DNA of 64,000 nucleotides from Orbicella franksi (Eukaryota): NCBI GenBank assembly GCA_964199315.1, contig OZ116706.1, positions 17,050,001 to 17,114,000 of the forward strand, read 5' to 3'. Shown piece by piece: positions 57,937 to 64,000 of this stretch (position 1 is its first letter; each line of letters starts with the position of its first letter). The notes under the pieces were generated by a model. It saw only the letters and a program-made list of their open reading frames with translations, ran no database searches and was not told where the DNA came from. The position numbers and the translations under genes were made by a program.

Positions 57937-60900
57937 AGATATCGTTGGTAAGTTAGCCTGAACTATTGGTTGGAAGAAAGAAACTGTTAAGTAAAATATG
58001 AAATGTGTGGCTGAGAACACAGCAAAAGCTGCAAGGAGATTTTCCCATGGTTGAACTGCGGAGAAAGATGATCAATCATGACGGTCAATCATGTCTTCAG
58101 AATTTCTCATCGTGACAAGAAAACGAAAAACATTTTAACAAGATTTCATGACGTATTGTCGACCAGAACCAAGATGTCCAGTTTATGTAGAAGAAGGAAT
58201 GCAAGATAACTCAAGAAAGCAAGAAATTACTCTACTTTATTTAAAGTGCTTTCTTGTCGTTTTCTTGTTCTATCTCAGTGGATTAAAGTGCAACGATTTC
58301 AATGCAACATATTATTTGGACAGAACATGACAGAACACGTTGCAAACTTTTGGCCACCACTGACATGCAATATGTATTAGCTGACCAATTTTTTTTTACC
58401 GCGTTTTAATAAAGATGGTGTATGTGTGTATGGGTGCGGGAGTGAGCAATATGCCGTGTGCAACCGAATGTGCATTTCATGTAGCCAGTGTGGTCACATA
58501 CCTTCAATTGTTGCCGGAGGTCTTGGCAAAAATTAAGTTACCAAAAAAATGTCGTGGCATGGTAATATTTTGAATACAGTTAAGAAAAACTTATCGAGAC
58601 CTAAGCTCTCAATCTGACCCCGCGAGAGGAAATTGAATTTGAACTTATCTATATTTCAATAAAAGAGACGTATCGTGTTGGTTAAAAACACAATAACACA
58701 CGCTTTAAGCATTCTTACGAGGTTTGACATTAACTTTCTCGAGAATGCTTGAGAATTTGATCGCGGCGTCACTTAGAGAAATGAACTAAAGTGAGTTGTT
58801 TTAGAAAGTATTCCAGAAGTTACCGTGCCATGAGTAGATTTTTTGTGAACACTTTTTGCACTTATTGCTCAAGCTTTGAGCGGGATCCGTCATGATTTCT
58901 TAAGGAGGTTAGTGGTAGTTTTAATAGAATTGTGTTTCCATCGTGAGGTGATGATTAATTCTTACAACCCTGTCAGATCACTTTGTAAACCTCGGCAGCA
59001 TTTGTTTACTGCAACATATAACTTCATTAAAGCTTGAAAAGCTAGATATATTTTACAAATAAAAGCGCACTGAAACAAAACTTTGAACCTATCAGCGTTG
59101 CCTTGAAATTAAAATCGCTTTAAGTTTGGCCCTGCACGACAAGACTACACTTTACCAGCGGAAGGTACAGGAAATTAATTAAAAACGACCAGTATCGCCA
59201 CTAATGGAGAGCATTTTCCTTTTAAAAAAATAACATTTATCATAGGAGATAATTCTGGATATTTTGTCATCTATCGAGCACGGTCGCGCAGCAACTACTA
59301 AATGTTTGTCGTGTCCATCGCATTCAAGACTACGAAATGCAGAAAATATGTGGATTATGCAGCCCTGGGGGAAAAATATTGGCTGATGACTGTTCCCTTG
59401 TGATTGATTATTCTGAATATCACGAAAACCGTATCCAATATATTCATGTGAAAATTAGTAGAAAACCCGTATGTATTTGACTGATGTAGAGGTTTTTTTC
59501 TCGCATTGCCTTGTATCAGCAGTTAAGGAGTGAAATAAACCTAGTATTTGAAGCATGATCAAGATGTTTTCATGTTCCGATAAAATTATTTGCTTTTTAT
59601 GATGTTGTTCTTGACATTTCTTGATGAGAATTTAAAAATGATGTTTATGTCAAACGTGAAATAACAAAAACTGCTCCTGATTTTGTTTTCTATCCATCTA
59701 AACCTTAACTCAATCCAATACAAAAATAGAAAAAAATCTTCTATCTACAGCAAATACAGATATTTTAACTAAGGGTGCAAAACGGTAAGAAATTAAATTT
59801 TGCCGTTTGCCGTAAATGCCTCCTTTGTTGGTAAAGCCAATAACGTGCGATTGATCTCCACACAAGCCTTAGAAGCACCCACAGCCAAGACATCGAACTG
59901 AATTGAAGAAACTAGGAAAAGTGTGAATTAATACGTGTTAAATTCATGTTTTGTCTGTCTTATAACTGAATTAAATATAACCGTTATTATTAGGCAGAGC
60001 ATCGTTTTCACTATTTAGTGACTGGATGAAATCATTGCGCTAAATGAGCAAAAAGTACTGCGACAAGTAGAGTTTAAATCAAAACCCATAAACTGACTAC
60101 TTACCCTGGATTTTTGATGGAAGCAGCTTCCAACATCAAGTAATGACGAAGTTGAAGGTGAATTATTGCTTTCAGCGTTAATGGAACAGAAGGCAATGAA
60201 CACAAATACAGCTGCAACATATATTGGTAGATTAATGAGGGTTTCGCTTCACATGATTGGACACTATTAATTAGGCCCAAAGCGAAAACGGAGCTATATC
60301 AATTTAGGTTTTTATTAATGTGTGAATTGACGTGAAGTGGGCTTTAGCCAATAGAAAGAACTTCCTCTATTAAAGGCATTGCAAGTTTTGGTGAGTTGCG
60401 CATTTGCTTGGCACATCGAAAAATATTCAGTTAAATCTTCAGCCGGCCTGCCTCTCTGCTATCAGTTAATTTTGCATATCTAGTCTCTGGCATCAGTGCC
60501 TTTTTTCAGCCGGCAGCTAAAATTTTGACCAATTCTCAACTATATTTTGTACTTCATCCACGCCCTTTGTTAGCTTAACTAAGTAAACGATGGTGAAACC
60601 TAAAATCCTTAAACTTCCACAGGGTCAAGGAGAGTTTTTGATAACACTATTCACAAAGTATATAGGTTTAAATAACTCTTTGCTCTCAGTGTCACCCTCA
60701 ACAACACTTCAGGCTTGAAAATGATGTTTGAATTATCGAAAAGCCGCCGGTAGCGTTGATTTTATTTTTTGTTGTTAACGGTAAGGTGTGATTTTATTAT
60801 GGGAAATTTCAAGACAGAAAACGTTAGTAGGTAACATCTATGCAAATGTGGTGTATAAATTGACTGTGTATTATGCAAAGTTTGCTTCGTTTTCACCTAG

Positions 60901-63900
60901 ACAAGTTCATTTGTCGCCAACAGCGCAAGAGTTATTAAATCTCGCCCCGATTGAAACGTTTCTTAACAATGGCGGGTCACTTCAAAGCAAGCGACAGTGA
61001 TTGCAGTCTACTATTCTGAAACTGTCAAGAGTTTGTTTGTTAATTTACATCAAGTTCAAATTCATTTACCAGCAAGATAACGCCGTGGCATTGTTCGAAG
61101 AATATAAACACTACCATCTTTCAGAATTTGAAAAGCTATTGCGTTTTTCCGCAAAATGTGATCTTGTTTCAGGTCAGCTGACAAAACCTGTTGTTTTTTC
61201 CTTGTACTTTTGACTTCTTCCTTTTCCACAAAATTTTCGCAAACTTCGACAGCTAGGGGTCAATTTATACAATATGGTCTAAATGTTTCATTTTGCGGAA
61301 ACTAAACCTACTATTTGGTTCCCCCTCTCTCTTTTAAACTTCTTCAGCGCCTATGTTATATGTTGTAATCGATCCTCGAATAAAACCTATTTAGAGCTCC
61401 AAACGCTTAAAGTGTATAGATTGATTACAATTGCTTTTACTCGCGAAATTAATGCAGCTGATCAAGACGAAACCACCTGTGTTCAGTGTTAACGAAGTGA
61501 AAGCTGCCGGCCTTACGTCTTGAAGGTTTGAAGGATAGAACATCCATTTAGATGAATTCCGTCTGTATTTAATTAACTTTTGTTTCGAATTCGTTTCCGC
61601 CTTTATTTTGATATGGCATGCTGTGTTAGCTTGTGCCCAGCAGTATAATCACAACTTGAATGAAAAGAAACGCCTATGAATGCAACGAAACAGTAAGAAA
61701 TCTTGCCAATGACTCTCCAATTAATTCTTTTCGTGTTAAAACGGTCCTTAGTTGTAGACCTAAATAAAAATATTTCCGCGATAGTTCCCAACAAAATTGA
61801 TTTGTTAAAACAGTATTGAGACGAATAAATATGCGTTAGCAAAGTTATAATGAACGTTACAAATCATGACCAAATTGGACCAAAAAATAGAAACGCTTTT
61901 CCAATCGAGAACCAGGTAGTCTCCCCACTGTGTTGCCTCGTGGGCAATCTGTATTTGAGAGAATCCCAGTAATTAATTTTTATATTAAAAGCGAAATTTT
62001 GCCATTGGGGTGCTTAACTTCCCGTGGTTTTAGTGTCAATGAACATTTAAACCCTTACCTTTGGAAGACAAGTTTCGTTGCGTTTTAAAACCAACTTGTA
62101 TCCTTGAGAAAAGAAATCGAGAAACAATATTTTGATGGTTATATGCAACACGACTCCTGAAGGACAACTGATGATAGACCAAAAGAAATAAATTATTTGT
62201 TCTCATTAAGAATGTTTACGGCGCTTTTATTTTTTGACAAAATAAGGGATTTAATTACTTGAAAAGATTTTCACTGAATATTTATAGCTTAGTGCCGCTC
62301 TTTTGGCGAGTCAATATTTTTCAAGATATTTTTTTTGTTCCGTTCAAAAAAGGTTTTTGTTTCAGATTAGAAACCTTGTCAACAGTATGTGCCACAAATG
62401 AACTGTATATGTTGAATTTGTACACTACCGTGTATAGAGTTTAGGTTTTAAATTAACATAAAACGTGAACTTAGCGTCAATACAATAATATATTTCGCAA
62501 TAACACAAATCGAACTCACCCTCAGACAAGTGAAAATGTTAAAAATTCAGCACTTAAAACTCTGTCCGAGAAACATCTTTTTTGCTTTCTTCTTTACATT
62601 GGGGTTTTGAACTTTATTTTAATTTCATTGATGCCACAATCAAGGAAGAGTGAGATGGAAAAATCAATTGATAAATCATGGGTTTAGGGTTGGACAGAAT
62701 TGGTTTGATTAGAAAGATCAAGAAAGACTATGAGTCATGGCACAAGTATTACAATCAATGGGAAGATCAGAACAACACATTTCCTGTACCACGATAGGTA
62801 AGATGAAGGAACACAAAAGACGGGGTATCTATAAACAAAAGATGGATATCCCTTGGTTTTGTATGAACAAACGCAAACTGAGATGGGATGTTTATAGCTC
62901 AGTTGATGCGCTTCAAAAAAATATTGGCTGATTGCGGTGTCATGTGGTTTCATGTGAATTCGCCTAGCGTGTTTTTCAATGCTGGCGTATTTTTCAAATT
63001 GTGTATTTTCATTACATCATTCAACAAAAATTATTCATTGTTTGTCCTACCTGCGGAGGTTTTTATCTGTCTCTTATTTCACGGCAAATTATCGTTTTTA
63101 AAGTATACTTTACCGGGCTTCGCCCTCACGAAATCAATGAACAATTTGTTGGATTAGTCGCTGTCAAAATGTAAATTCCACCAGCAGATATTTATCAATA
63201 AATGGAATTTTCCCGTGACTGAAAATTGCATTGGAAATAATCGATTAAATTATTGCAATAATTTTATTCACAACTCAGTTTAGGAATATGGACTACTTGC
63301 TAAGTCTGAGTTATCGTTGTTATCATAACCTTTGATAATTGTCTGAGAGACTACTCTGAAAACTGAGAGCGCCGGACGAAAATTCCCCTGATCTCTCAGT
63401 TTAATCTGCACAACACCGAAATTAAGCGATCAAAATTACAATGGAACTCTAGAAATAAAAATAAATATAAATAAAGAAAAAAACGTTTCTCTTCAAATAA
63501 TGCTGTCATAAAAAGAAAGGATAATTTCTAACTACGGTGAATTGTTTCTTGGGTTACGAGTTAACAGGAATAAAACTGTGAAGTTTCTGAAGTGTTTTGA
63601 TTCCAAATCAGTGAGTTTCTTTTTTCATCACGTCATGCATACGCATAGCAAATGAGCTTGGGCAGGTTTAAATTTGAAATGTTCCACAACCAATCTTCCT
63701 AATAAGCCATTAGCCTTGCAGTCGCCATTGCATTTAACCGGCTCTATGTAAATCTTGCTCTATTAAATTTCACGCAGTACAATTTGCAAATATCGCATTT
63801 GGGGAATTCTTGAAACAAAAACCTTTAGGATCACGCAAAGAAATGAACTGGTTATACCGGGGTGATATTAATAAAACTCTCGATTTCTTACAGAAAGGAA

Positions 63901-64000
63901 TTTTTGCACTTCAGTCGGTAGATATCTCGAAGCGCAAGTGTTTTAACTAAATCAAGACTTACCTCGTCAGTAGTATTCTTCATGAACGTAAGCGTTTCAG

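Overview
Eukaryotic, AT-rich, intron-containing DNA. The repeat families and genes suggest an anthozoan cnidarian, probably a stony coral (inference). The host content is two tandem, minus-strand, 7-exon nicotinic acetylcholine receptor-like (Cys-loop) subunit genes (14073-25970 and 40123-49775), which I reconstructed exon by exon with consistent splice phases. The main mobile elements are: (1) a PIF/Harbinger-type DNA transposon (2749-10380; frameshifted DDE transposase plus intact Myb/SANT-like gene); (2) an apparently intact DIRS1-like tyrosine-recombinase retrotransposon (3594-8522; gag, RT-RNaseH-methyltransferase, YR, ITRs and ICR) inserted in that transposase's intron; (3) a fold-back Penelope-like element (45614-49042) with 1471-bp inverted arms, a 12-bp TSD and two minimal hammerhead ribozyme motifs, in intron 1 of the second receptor gene; (4) 5'-truncated L1/Tx1 and L2/CR1-like LINEs, a tRNA-derived SINE, many MITEs and a compound microsatellite. 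I saw no rRNA, tRNA or CRISPR array. The best leads are the splice-based gag-to-YR coupling predicted in the DIRS element, the Penelope palindrome and ribozyme inside a receptor pre-mRNA, and the receptor paralog that keeps the loop C vicinal cysteines but has lost both loop C tyrosines. All alignments were done by eye.
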